DNA from: Alphaproteobacteria bacterium
GTDB lineage: Bacteria; Pseudomonadota; Alphaproteobacteria; CALMVH01
Reading direction: 5' to 3'
DNA length: 64,000 bases
NCBI GenBank assembly: GCA_965199265.1
Contig: CBDAQV010000001.1
Location: 444,409 to 508,408 of the forward strand
Under the pieces are notes generated by a model that worked only from the letters and a program-made list of their open reading frames with translations, had not been told where the DNA came from and searched no databases. This document shows, piece after piece, positions 1-10,164 of the stretch. Position numbers and translations under genes: made by a program. Position 1 is the first letter of the stretch. Each line of letters opens with the position of its first letter.

Positions 1-899
1 ATTATACCGGTGACAAGCCCCTGCACATCGCCTGGGACAACGGCAACGGCGCCGCAGGCGACGTCCTGACGCGCCTGCTCATGACAATGCCGGGCACTCA
101 CGAAGTGGTCTACGCCGATATCGACGGCAACTTCCCCAACCATCATCCCGATCCGACGGTGGAGAAGAACCTCGCCGACCTGAAAAAGCTGGTGCTGGAC
201 AACAAATGCGACCTCGGCATCGCTTTCGACGGAGATGCCGACCGCATCGGCGCAGTGGACGGCAAGGGCCGCGTGGTCTGGGGCGATCAGCTGCTGGCGA
301 TCTACGCCTCCGAGGTGCTGGAAACGCATCCCGGCGCGACCATCATCGGCGAGGTGAAATCAAGCCAGGTCCTCTACGACCAGATCGCGAAACTGGGCGG
401 CAAGCCGCTGATGTGGAAGACCGGCCACTCGCTGATCAAGGCCAAGATGGCCGAAACCGGATCGCCGCTCGCGGGTGAAATGAGCGGGCACATCTTCTTC
501 GGCGACAAATGGTACGGCTTCGACGACGGGCTGTACTGCGCCGTGCGCCTGATCTCGTTACTCAGCCGCTCGGGAGAGACCCTGGCCGACATGCTGGATC
601 GCATGCCCAAGGTGTTCAACACGCCCGAAACCCGCTTCGAAGTCGACGAGAGCCGCAAGTTCGCGGTGATCGACGAGGTCAAGGCGCGCCTCGCTGCGAT
701 CGGCGGCCTCGACATCACGGACATCGACGGCGTGCGCGTCAAGACGGCCGACGGCTGGTGGCTGGTGCGCGCGTCGAACACGCAGAACGTGCTGGTGGCA
801 CGCGCCGAAGCTTCGGACGAGACCAAGCTGGAGCATTTGAAGGGCCAGATCAAGGACCAGCTCAAGCAAAGCGGTATCGCGGCGCCGGCTGGGTTCTGA
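1..899 (+). CDS. Phosphomannomutase/phosphoglucomutase, 5'-truncated by the window edge. The frame is open from position 3.
   Basis: The frame-3 translation from position 3 reads [19 protein letters not shown]..., continuous with the 81..899 ORF. The alpha-D-phosphohexomutase domain II-IV motifs are present ([16 protein letters not shown]). Confidence 0.85.
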   Translation, partial: YTGDKPLHIAWDNGNGAAGDVLTRLLMTMPGTHEVVYADIDGNFPNHHPDPTVEKNLADLKKLVLDNKCDLGIAFDGDADRIGAVDGKGRVVWGDQLLAIYASEVLETHPGATIIGEVKSSQVLYDQIAKLGGKPLMWKTGHSLIKAKMAETGSPLAGEMSGHIFFGDKWYGFDDGLYCAVRLISLLSRSGETLADMLDRMPKVFNTPETRFEVDESRKFAVIDEVKARLAAIGGLDITDIDGVRVKTADGWWLVRASNTQNVLVARAEASDETKLEHLKGQIKDQLKQSGIAAPAGF

Positions 900-1025
900 G
901 ATGGACCGGTACTCGCGTTTCCAACCTGCGGCGCCGAGATCGCGCTTCTGCCAAACAGGAACGAGTACAAAGCTGGCTTGGCAGGACGAAGGTGGCCGAT
1001 GCCACCGGTAACCCGGAAATAAAGT

Positions 1026-1052
1026 TCCGCGGCAGCGTGTCACCGCTGCCGT
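1026..1052. terminator. Candidate bidirectional stem-loop terminator between the convergent pgm-like and atp12 genes.
   Basis: CGGCAGCG-tgtcac-CGCTGCCG hairpin followed by TATTTCGG on the plus strand and CTTTATTTCC on the minus strand. It lies between two convergent stop codons. Confidence 0.35.
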
Positions 1053-1090
1053 ATTTCGGCATGGCTTCCGTGCTGCGCACGGAATGACGA

Positions 1091-1786
1091 TCATCCTTGT
1101 AGAAGTCGCGTAAACTGTTCCAACGTTTCGAACTCACCCTTTACAGCGTCCAGCCTTTCCCGAGCGTCCTCGTCCTCGCCCCATTTGCTGATCTGGTACA
1201 GTTCCTCGACGTTCGCGGTGGTGAATGCCGTGGCTGCATTCAGCCGGCCCTCGACGAGCGTCAGTGCAATGGTCAGCGAGGAAGCTAGGGCCGCGGCAAG
1301 CTGGATAGCCGTCAACTGCTCGGCGGTTTTTCCGAAGAGGATCGAGCGCACCGCCTCCAGCGCCGGTTCCGGCTGGCGCACCGGCATGATCCCGCGCGCG
1401 ATGACCAGAGCCTGGCCGGTCCGTTCCTCCAGCCAATTCAGCAGCGGATCGAACAGCGCCGCCTGTTCGGCCACCAGCTCGGCCGGTTCGGTCGCGCGAT
1501 AGCAGACGAGGTCGGTCGCGGCGTATCCCACCAGACCGTCGATCACAGCCGCGCGGTTGGGCGCGACGCGGTCTATCGCGGTGCTGGCAAGCTGGGTCAG
1601 CTTCATGGTAGCGGGAACGATGAATGCGTCCTGAGCCCGCCATTCGCTGGCTATGGCCTCCGCAAGCGCAGGGGTGGCAAGCAGCAGCGGCCGCTTGCCG
1701 GGCGTTTTCACCGGCTTGCCGTCGAGACCAACGCAATGCCCTTCTTCCACAGGAACGATGGAGACAACCGAATAGAACTTACGCAT
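1091..1786 (-). CDS. ATP12-family F1-ATPase assembly chaperone.
   Basis: MRKFYSVVSIVPVEEGHCVGLDGKPVKTPGKRPLLLATPALAEAIASEWRAQD... matches the conserved N-terminus of alphaproteobacterial ATP12 proteins. The protein is about 230 aa. Confidence 0.6.
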   Translation of the reverse strand: MRKFYSVVSIVPVEEGHCVGLDGKPVKTPGKRPLLLATPALAEAIASEWRAQDAFIVPATMKLTQLASTAIDRVAPNRAAVIDGLVGYAATDLVCYRATEPAELVAEQAALFDPLLNWLEERTGQALVIARGIMPVRQPEPALEAVRSILFGKTAEQLTAIQLAAALASSLTIALTLVEGRLNAATAFTTANVEELYQISKWGEDEDARERLDAVKGEFETLEQFTRLLQG

Positions 1787-1796
1787 GAGGCACGGA

Positions 1797-2780
1797 CTAT
1801 GACATCTCCCGGAACGGGTCGCCGTCGCTCGAGCCGAAGCCGAAATACTTCCAGGTGGATTTCAGGTCGCTGGGCAGCGGCGAGGTGACGTCGATCGTTC
1901 CTTGCCCGCTGGGATGCGGCAGGATGATGCGGCGGGCGTGCAGGTGCAGGCGTTGCGGCACCTCGCTAAGGCTGATCTCGCTGTCGCGCTCGTTGTACTT
2001 GTGATCGCCGAGGATGGGCGTGCCGATCGCCTCCATGTGCGCGCGTAGCTGGTGCGTGCGGCCCGTCAGCGGCCACAGCGCCACCCACGCTGCCTTCATC
2101 GCGTGGTCGACGACCTGATAGAGTGTCGAGGAATACTGCCCGTCCTCGTCGACCTCCATCCGTTCGCCACGCCGCGCCGCGCCGGTTCCCTTGCCGGGCT
2201 GTTTCAGCAGTTTCGCATCGATCTTGCCCTGGTGCAGCTTCGGCACCCCGATCGTGACCGCCCAGTAGTATTTGCGCGCGCGACGGTCGTGAAAGCTCTT
2301 GGTCAGGCGTTGCGCCGCGATCCGCGTCCGGGCCAGAAGCAGCACGCCCGACGTGTCGCGATCCAGCCGGTGCACCAGCTTGGGCCGTTCGCCCTCGAAG
2401 GCCAGCGAGTCCAGCATGCCGTCTAGGTGCTTGTCGAGGCCGGTGCCGCCCTGCACGGCAAGGCCAGCCGGCTTGTCGATGGCGATCACCCAATCGTCCT
2501 TGTACAGAACCAGCTTCTTCAGCGCCGCCGCGTCCTTCTCCGACACAGGGGGACGCGCGGGTTTCGGCGCGGCGTCCGGCAAGGGTGGAATGCGCACGCT
2601 CTGCCCGGGAATCAAGCGCGTGCTCGCCTCCACCCGCTTGCCATCGACACGGATCTGCCCGGTGCGTAGCAGCTTGTGGATCTGGCTTTGCCCGATCTGC
2701 GGAAAGAAGCGATGGAACCAGCGGTCCAGCCGGATGTCGGCGTCGTCCGCCGCGACTTCGAGGTGCTGTACGACTGCCAT
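1797..2780 (-). CDS. rluC: RluA-family 23S rRNA pseudouridine synthase (RluC/RluD type) with an N-terminal S4 domain.
   Basis: S4-like N-terminus (LLRTGQIRVDGKRVEAS) and the catalytic motif HRLDRDTSGVLLLART. The start shares 1 nt with the crcB stop. Confidence 0.85.
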   Translation of the reverse strand: MAVVQHLEVAADDADIRLDRWFHRFFPQIGQSQIHKLLRTGQIRVDGKRVEASTRLIPGQSVRIPPLPDAAPKPARPPVSEKDAAALKKLVLYKDDWVIAIDKPAGLAVQGGTGLDKHLDGMLDSLAFEGERPKLVHRLDRDTSGVLLLARTRIAAQRLTKSFHDRRARKYYWAVTIGVPKLHQGKIDAKLLKQPGKGTGAARRGERMEVDEDGQYSSTLYQVVDHAMKAAWVALWPLTGRTHQLRAHMEAIGTPILGDHKYNERDSEISLSEVPQRLHLHARRIILPHPSGQGTIDVTSPLPSDLKSTWKYFGFGSSDGDPFREMS

Positions 2781-3151
2781 CAGAAATGTTTCGCCAAATA
2801 CTGGCCCAGGAAGAAGGCGATGATCCCGCCCGCGACCGAGGCGATGATATAGAATCCCGCAAGCGGAAAGACACCGTCATCGATGAGGCGTCCCGCGTCG
2901 AACGAGAAGGAGGAAAAGGTGGTGAACCCGCCGAGCAGCCCGGTGGTCAGCAGCAGCCGGAGGGGCTCGGACAGGTGCGTTTTCGGCAGGATCAGCAGCG
3001 AGAACGCTCCCATGACGAAACAGCCGGAAAGGTTGATGCCCAGCGTCGCCCAGAAGGGCAGGGCGCCCGCGATCTTAACCGTGAACAGGATCACGAGATA
3101 GCGCAGCAGCGCCCCCACGCCGCCGCCTACGCTCACCGCCAGAAAGTTCAC
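2780..3151 (-). CDS. crcB: Fluoride ion channel CrcB/FluC.
   Basis: 123-aa four-TM protein with the hallmark GGFTTFSSF motif. Its ATG overlaps the rarA stop (ATGA). Confidence 0.85.
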   Translation of the reverse strand: MNFLAVSVGGGVGALLRYLVILFTVKIAGALPFWATLGINLSGCFVMGAFSLLILPKTHLSEPLRLLLTTGLLGGFTTFSSFSFDAGRLIDDGVFPLAGFYIIASVAGGIIAFFLGQYLAKHF

Positions 3152-4452
3152 GCCTTGTCCTCCTTTGCCGTCCGCTCGTCGCGCAGCTTCGCCCAGTAAT
3201 CCAGGCGTTTACCCACTTCGCGCTCGAAGCCGCGTTCGGCCGGCTGGTAGTAACGCTCCCGTGTCATGCCGTCGGGAAAATAGTTCTGGCCCGAGAACGC
3301 GTCGGGCGCGTCATGATCATACTCGTAACCCTTGCCGTAGCCGAGCCCTTTCATCAGGGTGGTCGGGGCGTTCAGGATGTGCCTCGGCGGCATCAGAGAC
3401 CCTTGCGCCTTCGCGGCGCGCATCGCTCCCTTGTAGGCCGTGTACGAGGCATTCGATTTCGGCGCGCTCGCCAGGTAGATCACGATCTCCGCCAGCGCCA
3501 GCTCGCCCTCGGGCGAGCCGAGCCGCTCGTAGGTCTCCCACGCCGCGACCGACAGGGACAGCGCTTGAGGGTCGGCAAGGCCGATGTCCTCCACCGCCAT
3601 GCGTACCAGCCGCCGCGCCAGGTAGCGTGGGTCCTCGCCGCCGTCCAGCATGCGGCAGAACCAGTACAGCGCCGCGTCGACGTCCGAGCCGCGCACCGAT
3701 TTATGCAGTGCGCTGATCAGGTTGTAGTGGCCCTCCTCGCTCTTGTCGTACAGCGGCGCGCGGCGCTGCACCGCGTCGGTCAGCCTGTGCTCATCCAGCT
3801 GGGTGCCTTCGGGCAGCGCTAACAGCATCTCGGCAAGGTTGAGGGCGAAGCGGCCGTCGCCATCCGCCAGCGCCTTCAGGTGCCGCCGCGCGCTGTCCGT
3901 CAAGGGCAGGCGTTTGCCCTCTGCGGCTTCGGCGCGCGTCAATAGGATTTCCATCGCCGGCTCGTCCAGCCGGTTCAGCACGAACACCTGCGCGCGCGAC
4001 AGCAACGCGCCGTTCAGCTCGAAGCTGGGATTTTCGGTGGTCGCGCCGACCAGGATGATGGTGCCGTTCTCGACATAGGGCAGGAACCCGTCCTGCTGCG
4101 CGCGGTTGAAGCGATGGATCTCGTCGACGAACAGCAGGGTGCCCTGGCCGGCCTCGCGCCGGCGCGTCGCGGCTTCGAATATCTTGCGCAGGTCGGCGAC
4201 GCCGGAAAAGATCGCCGACAGCGGCTCGAAGTGCAGGTCGGTGCCGAGCGCCAGCAGCCGCGCGATGGTGGTCTTGCCGCAGCCCGGCGGCCCCCACAGG
4301 ATGATCGAGTTCAGTCGCCGTTCCGCCACCATCCGCCCGATCGGCGACTCCGGCCCCAGCAGGTGCTGCTGCCCCACGACTTCGGCCAGCGAGGTCGGGC
4401 GCAGCCGGTCGGCCAGCGGCCGTGGCGCCTGAGTTTCGAACAGGGTAGGCAT
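3148..4452 (-). CDS. rarA: Replication-associated recombination protein A (AAA+ ATPase RarA/MgsA).
   Basis: Walker A WGPPGCGKTTIARLLA, an AAA+ core and a MgsA C-terminal domain. The protein is 434 aa. Confidence 0.9.
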   Translation of the reverse strand: MPTLFETQAPRPLADRLRPTSLAEVVGQQHLLGPESPIGRMVAERRLNSIILWGPPGCGKTTIARLLALGTDLHFEPLSAIFSGVADLRKIFEAATRRREAGQGTLLFVDEIHRFNRAQQDGFLPYVENGTIILVGATTENPSFELNGALLSRAQVFVLNRLDEPAMEILLTRAEAAEGKRLPLTDSARRHLKALADGDGRFALNLAEMLLALPEGTQLDEHRLTDAVQRRAPLYDKSEEGHYNLISALHKSVRGSDVDAALYWFCRMLDGGEDPRYLARRLVRMAVEDIGLADPQALSLSVAAWETYERLGSPEGELALAEIVIYLASAPKSNASYTAYKGAMRAAKAQGSLMPPRHILNAPTTLMKGLGYGKGYEYDHDAPDAFSGQNYFPDGMTRERYYQPAERGFEREVGKRLDYWAKLRDERTAKEDKA

Positions 4453-4455
4453 GCC

Positions 4456-5871
4456 CTAGCCCTGTATGACCGTGTTGATCACCTGACCGCCACGCCGGAT
4501 CGAGAGCCGCCATTGCGACAGCGGGCGACCGACCAAGTTGCGCAGCGTCGAAACTTCTTCAATCGTCACGCCATTGACGGCAAGCACGATATCACCGGGC
4601 TGCAGGCCGATGTTGGAAGCGCTCGAGTTGACCGCGACCTCCGCCACGACGACGCCTGACGGAATGTTCGCCAGCCCGAGTTCTTCGGTAACGGCGGGAG
4701 ACAGATTTTCCACAGTGGCCCCGGAAAATGGCTGATGCCCGGTCAGCGTCGTCCTGTCCCGCGCCGGTTTTTCCGGAGCGGGGACAGGCGTGATCGTCAG
4801 GCTGAGCATCTCGCCGTCGCGGTAGACGATCGCCGTGACCGGATCGCCTGATTTGAGCGAAGCGAGCCGCGCGCGCAGCGACGGCGTGTCCGAAATATCC
4901 CGGTCGGCAAGCGCGAGCAGGACATCGCTCTGGCGGATACCGGCCTTCGCCGCGGGGCTGTCTGGCGTCACGTTGTCGATCAGCAGCCCGCCCGGTCGCT
5001 TCATGCCAAGGCTGCCTGCGATCTCGGGCGTAACCGCCTGGCCATTGGCGCCGATCCACGGGCGGATCGGCTTGCGCCCGGTCTCGGCCGCCTCGATGAA
5101 CAGGCGCACCGAGTTGGCCGGGATCGCGAAGCCGATGCCGAGCGACCCGCCGTCGCGCGAGAAGATCGCGGCGTTGATGCCCAGAAGGCGCCCGCGCATG
5201 TCCAGCAGCGCCCCGCCCGAGTTACCCGGGTTGATCGGCGCGTCGGTCTGGATGAATTCGTTGTACTCGGACAGGTTCTCGGCGCTGCGGCCCAGCGCCG
5301 AGACGATGCCGTTGGTCACGGTCTGGCCGACGCCGAACGGGTTACCGATCGCCAGCACCAGATCGCCGACCTCGGCCTTGTCGCTGTCGGCCAGCTCGAT
5401 CGAGGGAAGCTTCTCATTATCGGTGTCGATGCGCAGCACCGCCAGGTCGGCATGCTCGTCGCGCACGACTACCTTGGCCGGGAACTCGCGTCGGTCGTTC
5501 AGCACCACCTGGATGTCGTCCGAACCCTCTATGACGTGCGCGTTGGTGACGATCACCCCGTCGCCGCGCACGATCACGCCCGAGCCGAGCGAGTTCTGCA
5601 CCCGCGTCGCCATGCGCCCGCCGGGCATGGCGCCGCCGAAGAACTGCCGGAAGAACGGATCGCTAGCGAACGGGCTACCCACTTCCTGCCGCACGCGGCG
5701 CGAAGCGAAGATGTTCACGACGGCGGGCGCGGCCTGCTTGACGAGCGGAGCGAAGGAATAGGTCAGGTCGGCGCGGCTGGCCGGCACTTCGGCTTGCACG
5801 GGCGCGCCAGCCGTAATGCTAAGCAGAAGCAGGCTGGCTACAACCTTAATTTTACGGTTCAACTGCGCCAT
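4456..5871 (-). CDS. degP: Periplasmic serine endoprotease DegP/HtrA (Do family) with PDZ domains.
   Basis: Signal peptide, trypsin-like catalytic motif GNSGGALLDMRGRLLGINAAIF and two C-terminal PDZ-like regions. The protein is 471 aa. Confidence 0.9.
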   Translation of the reverse strand: MAQLNRKIKVVASLLLLSITAGAPVQAEVPASRADLTYSFAPLVKQAAPAVVNIFASRRVRQEVGSPFASDPFFRQFFGGAMPGGRMATRVQNSLGSGVIVRGDGVIVTNAHVIEGSDDIQVVLNDRREFPAKVVVRDEHADLAVLRIDTDNEKLPSIELADSDKAEVGDLVLAIGNPFGVGQTVTNGIVSALGRSAENLSEYNEFIQTDAPINPGNSGGALLDMRGRLLGINAAIFSRDGGSLGIGFAIPANSVRLFIEAAETGRKPIRPWIGANGQAVTPEIAGSLGMKRPGGLLIDNVTPDSPAAKAGIRQSDVLLALADRDISDTPSLRARLASLKSGDPVTAIVYRDGEMLSLTITPVPAPEKPARDRTTLTGHQPFSGATVENLSPAVTEELGLANIPSGVVVAEVAVNSSASNIGLQPGDIVLAVNGVTIEEVSTLRNLVGRPLSQWRLSIRRGGQVINTVIQG

Positions 5872-5898
5872 AGCGTTCGTGCGTTGTCCTATTCAGAT

Positions 5899-6008
5899 GC
5901 TGTCATCCTGAGCGCGGCAAAGGATCTTATACCCGCAAACAGCCTGGACAGGATTGAACATTCCAACGACTTCCTATGAAATCCTTTGCGGCGCTCAGGA
6001 TGACATAC
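5899..6008. repeat. Palindromic REP/MITE-like element (GTCATCC...GGATGAC family), copy 1.
   Basis: Left arm TGTCATCCTGAGCGCGGCAAAGGATCTTATA and right arm TATGAAATCCTTTGCGGCGCTCAGGATGACA form a near-perfect inverted repeat of about 30 bp (1-2 mismatches) around a 43 bp spacer. It lies between the degP start and the stop of the small secreted-protein gene. Confidence 0.7.
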
Positions 6009-6017
6009 GGTGGAAAA

Positions 6018-6371
6018 TTACCCGCCGCAGGTATTCAGGCAGCTGCGCAAATGGTCTGAGCAGTCGGACTCGGTGCCGATCAGCTGGCTGGCGAGGTTAT
6101 TCGAGTTGCGCAGCGCGTCCTGGTCGCCGGGCAGCGCGGCGCCTTGGTCGGTGCAAACCTCGTAGCTGCGGTTGCAGCTGTCCGTACAGGTCTGGGCGTC
6201 AGCGCCGGTCGTGTTAGACTTGCCGTTACCGGCGCGCTCGGGAGCGGAGGATGGACCTGCTCCTGCCGGGGGAGGCGCATCTATGCCCGTGGGCGAGGGA
6301 ACGTCGCTTGCAAACACGACGCCGGGCGCCAGCATGAGCGACAATGCCGCGAGAAGGAAGAACCTGTGCAT
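6018..6371 (-). CDS. Small secreted cysteine-rich hypothetical protein (about 117 aa).
   Basis: Internal ATG of the spurious 332-aa ORF. MHRFFLLAALSLMLAPGVVFA is a clear Sec signal peptide. The mature part carries six Cys (CTDSC, C, C, C-x6-C-x3-C). Codon usage is native. Confidence 0.5.
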   Translation of the reverse strand: MHRFFLLAALSLMLAPGVVFASDVPSPTGIDAPPPAGAGPSSAPERAGNGKSNTTGADAQTCTDSCNRSYEVCTDQGAALPGDQDALRNSNNLASQLIGTESDCSDHLRSCLNTCGG

Positions 6372-6400
6372 TATCGCGGCTCCTGGCCTGTTCGCGGGTT

Positions 6401-6832
6401 TTAAGCAGCTTCGTCGGAAAGGGCGTCTTCGTCGAAGCTCTGTTTCGGCCCGCTGTCCAGGCCCTTGGCGGAAACATCGCGGTCGACCAGTTCGATGATC
6501 GCCATCGGCGCGGCGTCGCCGTAGCGAAAACCCGCCTTCAACACGCGCGCATAGCCGCCGGAACGATCCTTGTAGCGTTCGGCGATCACGTCGAACAGCT
6601 TGGTGACGATCGCGTCGTCGCGCAGCACGGCATGGGCGCGGCGGCGGTTGGCAAGACCGCCCTTCTTGCCCAGCGTGATCAGCTTCTCCACAACCGGGCG
6701 CAGTTCCTTGGCCTTGGGCAGGGTGGTCTTGATCTGCTCGTGCTTGATCAGCGCGTGCGCCATGTTCATGAACAAGGCCTTGCGGTGGCTTGAGGTGCGG
6801 CCCAGTTTCCGGCCGTGCATTCCGTGACGCAT
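6401..6832 (-). CDS. rplQ: 50S ribosomal protein L17.
   Basis: [57 protein letters not shown] is the L17 N-terminus. The start is taken at the internal ATG (codon 26 of the 168-aa ORF). Confidence 0.9.
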   Translation of the reverse strand: MRHGMHGRKLGRTSSHRKALFMNMAHALIKHEQIKTTLPKAKELRPVVEKLITLGKKGGLANRRRAHAVLRDDAIVTKLFDVIAERYKDRSGGYARVLKAGFRYGDAAPMAIIELVDRDVSAKGLDSGPKQSFDEDALSDEAA

Positions 6833-6941
6833 ATTCCCTGTCCTTCCATGGCGTGGCCCGCGGCGCGGAACCGATTGCGAATGCCCTTGCCCTGAGATCA
6901 GAAACAAGAGGGTGGACCTGTATGGTCCTTTTCCTTAAATC

Positions 6942-7012
6942 GTCATCTTTCGTGAAAGCGGAGATTCCCGTGCAGGTCCCGCGAGAGATCCTCTGCTTGC
7001 GCCGAGGATGAC
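6942..7012. repeat. Palindromic REP-like element, copy 2 (degenerate), between rplQ and rpoA.
   Basis: CGTCATCTTTCGTGAAAGCGGAGATTCCC ... GAGATCCTCTGCTTGCGCCGAGGATGACG. The GTCATC/GATGAC termini and the internal GCG-A-GG / GGATC blocks are shared with the other copies. Confidence 0.5.
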
Positions 7013-7022
7013 GCACATAAAT

Positions 7023-8036
7023 TTAATACGGCTCGTCCAGCTTGCGGGCGAGGTCCTCGATGTTCTCCGGCGGCCAGCCGGCCACCTGCATGCCCAGGTG
7101 CAAGCCCATGATGGACAGAACCTCCTTTATCTCATTCAGCGATTTGCGGCCGAAGTTCGGCGTGCGCAGCATCTCGCCTTCGCTCTTCTGCACCAGGTCG
7201 CCGATGTAGATGATGTTGTCGTTCTTCAGGCAGTTGGCCGAGCGGACCGAAAGTTCCAGCTCGTCGACCTTGCGCAGAAGGTTGCGGTTGAACGGCAGGT
7301 CTTCCTGACGGTCGGCGGCCGAGCCCGCCGTCGGCTCGTGGAAGTTGATGAACACGGCCAGCTGGTCCTGCATGATGCGCGCGGCATACGCGACCGCGTC
7401 TTCCGGCGACACGGCACCCGTGGTCTCGATCTGCATGGTGAGCTTGTCGTAATCGGTGATCTGACCGACGCGGGTGTTATCGACCTTGCACGTTACCTTG
7501 CGCACCGGGCTGAACACGCTGTCGATGGGGATGAGGCCGATCGGCGCGTCTTCCGGGCGGTTACTGGCCGCCGAGCGGTAGCCCTTGCCGTTTTGGACCG
7601 TCAGTTCCATCGTCAGCTTTGCGTCGCGGTCGAGCGTGCAGATGACGAGGTCGGGGTTCATGATCTCGATGTCGGGACCAGTCTCGATCATGCCGGCGGT
7701 GACCTCGCGCGGGCCTTCGGCCTTCAGGCGCATCCTCTTCGGACCTTCGGCATGCATGCGCAGCGCCAGGGACTTGATGTTAAGCACTACGTCCGTCACG
7801 TCCTCGCGCACACCGGGGATGGACGAGAACTCGTGCAGCACGCCCTCGATCTGGATCGAGGTCACCGCCGCGCCCTGCAGGGACGACAGCAGGATACGGC
7901 GCAGGCTGTTGCCCAGCGTCACGCCGTAGCCGCGCTCCAGCGGCTCAGCGACAATGTTGCCGTAGCGGCGGGCATCGTGTCCGGCGTTCACGCCGAGCTT
8001 GCTCGGCTTGATCAGTTCGTTCCAGTTCTTGTGCAT
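7023..8036 (-). CDS. rpoA: DNA-directed RNA polymerase subunit alpha.
   Basis: The 337-aa protein has the N-terminal domain [11 protein letters not shown]..., the NTD dimerisation region and a C-terminal alpha-CTD ([23 protein letters not shown]). Confidence 0.95.
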   Translation of the reverse strand: MHKNWNELIKPSKLGVNAGHDARRYGNIVAEPLERGYGVTLGNSLRRILLSSLQGAAVTSIQIEGVLHEFSSIPGVREDVTDVVLNIKSLALRMHAEGPKRMRLKAEGPREVTAGMIETGPDIEIMNPDLVICTLDRDAKLTMELTVQNGKGYRSAASNRPEDAPIGLIPIDSVFSPVRKVTCKVDNTRVGQITDYDKLTMQIETTGAVSPEDAVAYAARIMQDQLAVFINFHEPTAGSAADRQEDLPFNRNLLRKVDELELSVRSANCLKNDNIIYIGDLVQKSEGEMLRTPNFGRKSLNEIKEVLSIMGLHLGMQVAGWPPENIEDLARKLDEPY

Positions 8037-8081
8037 CTGTTCCTCGGATAAACTAACGACCGGTCGCGACGGAAACGGGGT

Positions 8082-8477
8082 TCAGACGCGACGTCTTTTA
8101 GGCGGGCGGCAACCGTTGTGCGGGATCGGCGTGATGTCGCGGATAGTGGTGATGTTGAAGCCGACAGATTGCAAGGCGCGCAGCGCCGATTCACGGCCCG
8201 AGCCGGGTCCGGTCACTTCGACTTCCAGAACCTGCATGCCGTGCTCCTGCGCCTTGCGCCCCGCGTTCTCCGCCGCGATCTGCGCTGCGTACGGGGTCGA
8301 CTTGCGTGAACCCTTGAACTCCGACGATCCCGCCGATGCCCAGGCGATGGTATTGCCCTGCGCATCGGTGATCGTGATGATCGTGTTGTTGAAGCTGGCG
8401 TTCACATGCGCGACGCCGGACGTTATGTTCTTGCGTTCCTTGCGGCGCAAACGGTTCGCGCCTGGTTTCTCGGCCAT
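8082..8477 (-). CDS. rpsK: 30S ribosomal protein S11.
   Basis: [46 protein letters not shown] matches S11. Confidence 0.95.
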   Translation of the reverse strand: MAEKPGANRLRRKERKNITSGVAHVNASFNNTIITITDAQGNTIAWASAGSSEFKGSRKSTPYAAQIAAENAGRKAQEHGMQVLEVEVTGPGSGRESALRALQSVGFNITTIRDITPIPHNGCRPPKRRRV

Positions 8478-8522
8478 CTGATCCTATCCCGTCGCTTGAA
8501 GAGCGTTGCGTAAGCGCGAAGC

Positions 8523-8900
8523 TTACTTGGTGACTTTTTTCTTGCCGGCGATCGGCTTTGCCGGGCCCTTGCGGGTACGGGCATTGGTATGCGTGCGCTG
8601 GCCGCGGACCGGCAGTCCTTTGCGGTGACGCAGGCCGCGGTAGCAGCCCAGATCCATGAGGCGCTTGATGTTGATCGCCACTTCGCGGCGCAGGTCGCCT
8701 TCGACCTTGTACTGCCCGTCGATCACCTCGCGGATGCGGAAAATCTCGTCCTCGCTGAGGTCGGACACGCGGCGCTCGGGCTCGATACCCAGCTGATCGC
8801 AGATCAGCTTTGCCTGATGCGGGCCGACGCCATAGATGTACCGCAGCGAGATTTCGACCCGCTTGCCCGTCGGAATGTTAACACCTGCAATACGCGCCAC
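8523..8900 (-). CDS. rpsM: 30S ribosomal protein S13.
   Basis: [31 protein letters not shown] matches S13. Confidence 0.95.
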   Translation of the reverse strand: MARIAGVNIPTGKRVEISLRYIYGVGPHQAKLICDQLGIEPERRVSDLSEDEIFRIREVIDGQYKVEGDLRREVAINIKRLMDLGCYRGLRHRKGLPVRGQRTHTNARTRKGPAKPIAGKKKVTK

Positions 8901-9065
8901 GCTTTACTCCTTGGCCTGAACCAGTGCCGATCGACAACGCGCCCTTTGCCAAAGGCTGTGCCCGACCGCTACGCCGGGCGTTGCAGTCGCGCTGAAGGCG
9001 CAAGAACGGATATCCGCATCGAAATGCCGGAAAGATGCGGCAATATAGGCAACCGTTCCGGCTCG

Positions 9066-9302
9066 TCAACACAAATTTACGGCTGGTTCATAGACTTCGC
9101 CAGCATCTCTGTATTGTGCCGCACCATGTCGAGGTACGTGCTCGCCGGCCCATCGCCGGGCGACAGCGCACCTCGACATCCTCGCCGCCGACTGCTTCAC
9201 CAGATCGCCGAGCACGCTGAAACTGGCTACGACCTTCAGGGGAGCCGCGCCTGCCACCGCAGGCGCGGCAAGCAGAGCCAAGACGAGAAAAGCTCGGATC
9301 AT
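9066..9302 (-). pseudogene. N-terminal remnant (about 78 codons) of a ZnuA/TroA-type metal-binding periplasmic solute-binding protein.
   Basis: Internal ATG gives MIRAFLVLALLAAPAVAGAAPLKVVASFSVLGDLVKQ..., i.e. signal peptide plus the cluster A-I SBP N-terminal motif (VVASFSVLGDLVKQ). The later VYEP resembles the conserved H-x-YEP block. Downstream the protein runs into a stop after 78 aa. A second frame (9088..9360) carries VGGEDVEV, which suggests frameshifts. Confidence 0.4.
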
Positions 9303-9366
9303 GGCGGGCCGTCCTGTTGAACCAAAACGCGGTCGTGCCAGCGCTGGCGGGCGGGCGCAAGGGAAG

Positions 9367-10101
9367 TCAGGGGCGATCGATCCGTTCGCTCTCCTCCACG
9401 GTGAACGGAGCGCGGGATAGCACGTACACATGATGCCGGACATGCGGCTTGCGCGCGAAGCTGACCGGAACACATCGGACGTGGAAGCCCGCCGCCTCGC
9501 CCCGCGACACGAAAGCAAGGCTCTCGAAGCCCGACCAGACCAGCAGAACTCCGTTTTCTCCAAGACAATGCGCCATCGCGCGCAAGCCGTCCTCGGCGTA
9601 GAGAAAGGTGTTTCCGGGCGCGGAAAGCGGCTCGGGACCGTTATCGACGTCGAGGGCTATCACGTCGAACGCCTGTCCTGAACGAAGGAGGTCCGAAACG
9701 TCGGTCCGGACGATCGTGACGTTCGCAGGCAACTGCTCGAACAGTATTGGCTGCATAAAGCGGCCAAACCAATCGATGATCGCGCCCGATATCTCGGCGA
9801 CGGTGACATGACCCGCCACGCCCATCTCGGCCGAAAGGCCGGCGAGGCTGTAGCCGAGACCGAGCCCGCCCAGCAGGATGCGCGGCAGCGTAGCCCGCGC
9901 AAACTGGAAGGCGAGGCGGCCGAGCGCATCCTCGGATTCGTGCCAGTGCCCGTTCATCAGCTCCAGCCCGCCCACTCGCACCATGTAGACCCCGTCGCTC
10001 TCGTAGAGGTCGAGGGCGTTTCCGGCGAGGGTGGAGGAGGCGATGGGGTTCCAGGGCATGTCTTTTCCTGATGTCATGCAGGACGCATGCTCGAAATTCA
10101 C
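9367..10101 (-). CDS. Spermidine/spermine synthase-like (PABS-fold) SAM-dependent methyltransferase-family protein.
   Basis: Glycine-rich SAM-binding-type block ILLGGLGLGYSL, then VIALDVDNGPEPL and a tetramerisation-like N-terminus. The 244-aa ORF could alternatively start at M15. Confidence 0.6.
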   Translation of the reverse strand: MNFEHASCMTSGKDMPWNPIASSTLAGNALDLYESDGVYMVRVGGLELMNGHWHESEDALGRLAFQFARATLPRILLGGLGLGYSLAGLSAEMGVAGHVTVAEISGAIIDWFGRFMQPILFEQLPANVTIVRTDVSDLLRSGQAFDVIALDVDNGPEPLSAPGNTFLYAEDGLRAMAHCLGENGVLLVWSGFESLAFVSRGEAAGFHVRCVPVSFARKPHVRHHVYVLSRAPFTVEESERIDRP

Positions 10102-10164
10102 ACTGTCGTTTATTGCTGCGCAAACGAATTACTGCGCTGCGCGCCGAAATGACAGTGGTACAGG

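Noticed and set aside
6018..7016. The 332-aa minus-strand ORF spanning rplQ and the small secreted protein.
   Set aside because: It is a read-through artefact of the frame. It fuses an antisense stretch over rplQ to the real small ORF. L17 is encoded in a different frame (6401..6832) and the secreted protein starts at the internal ATG at 6371.
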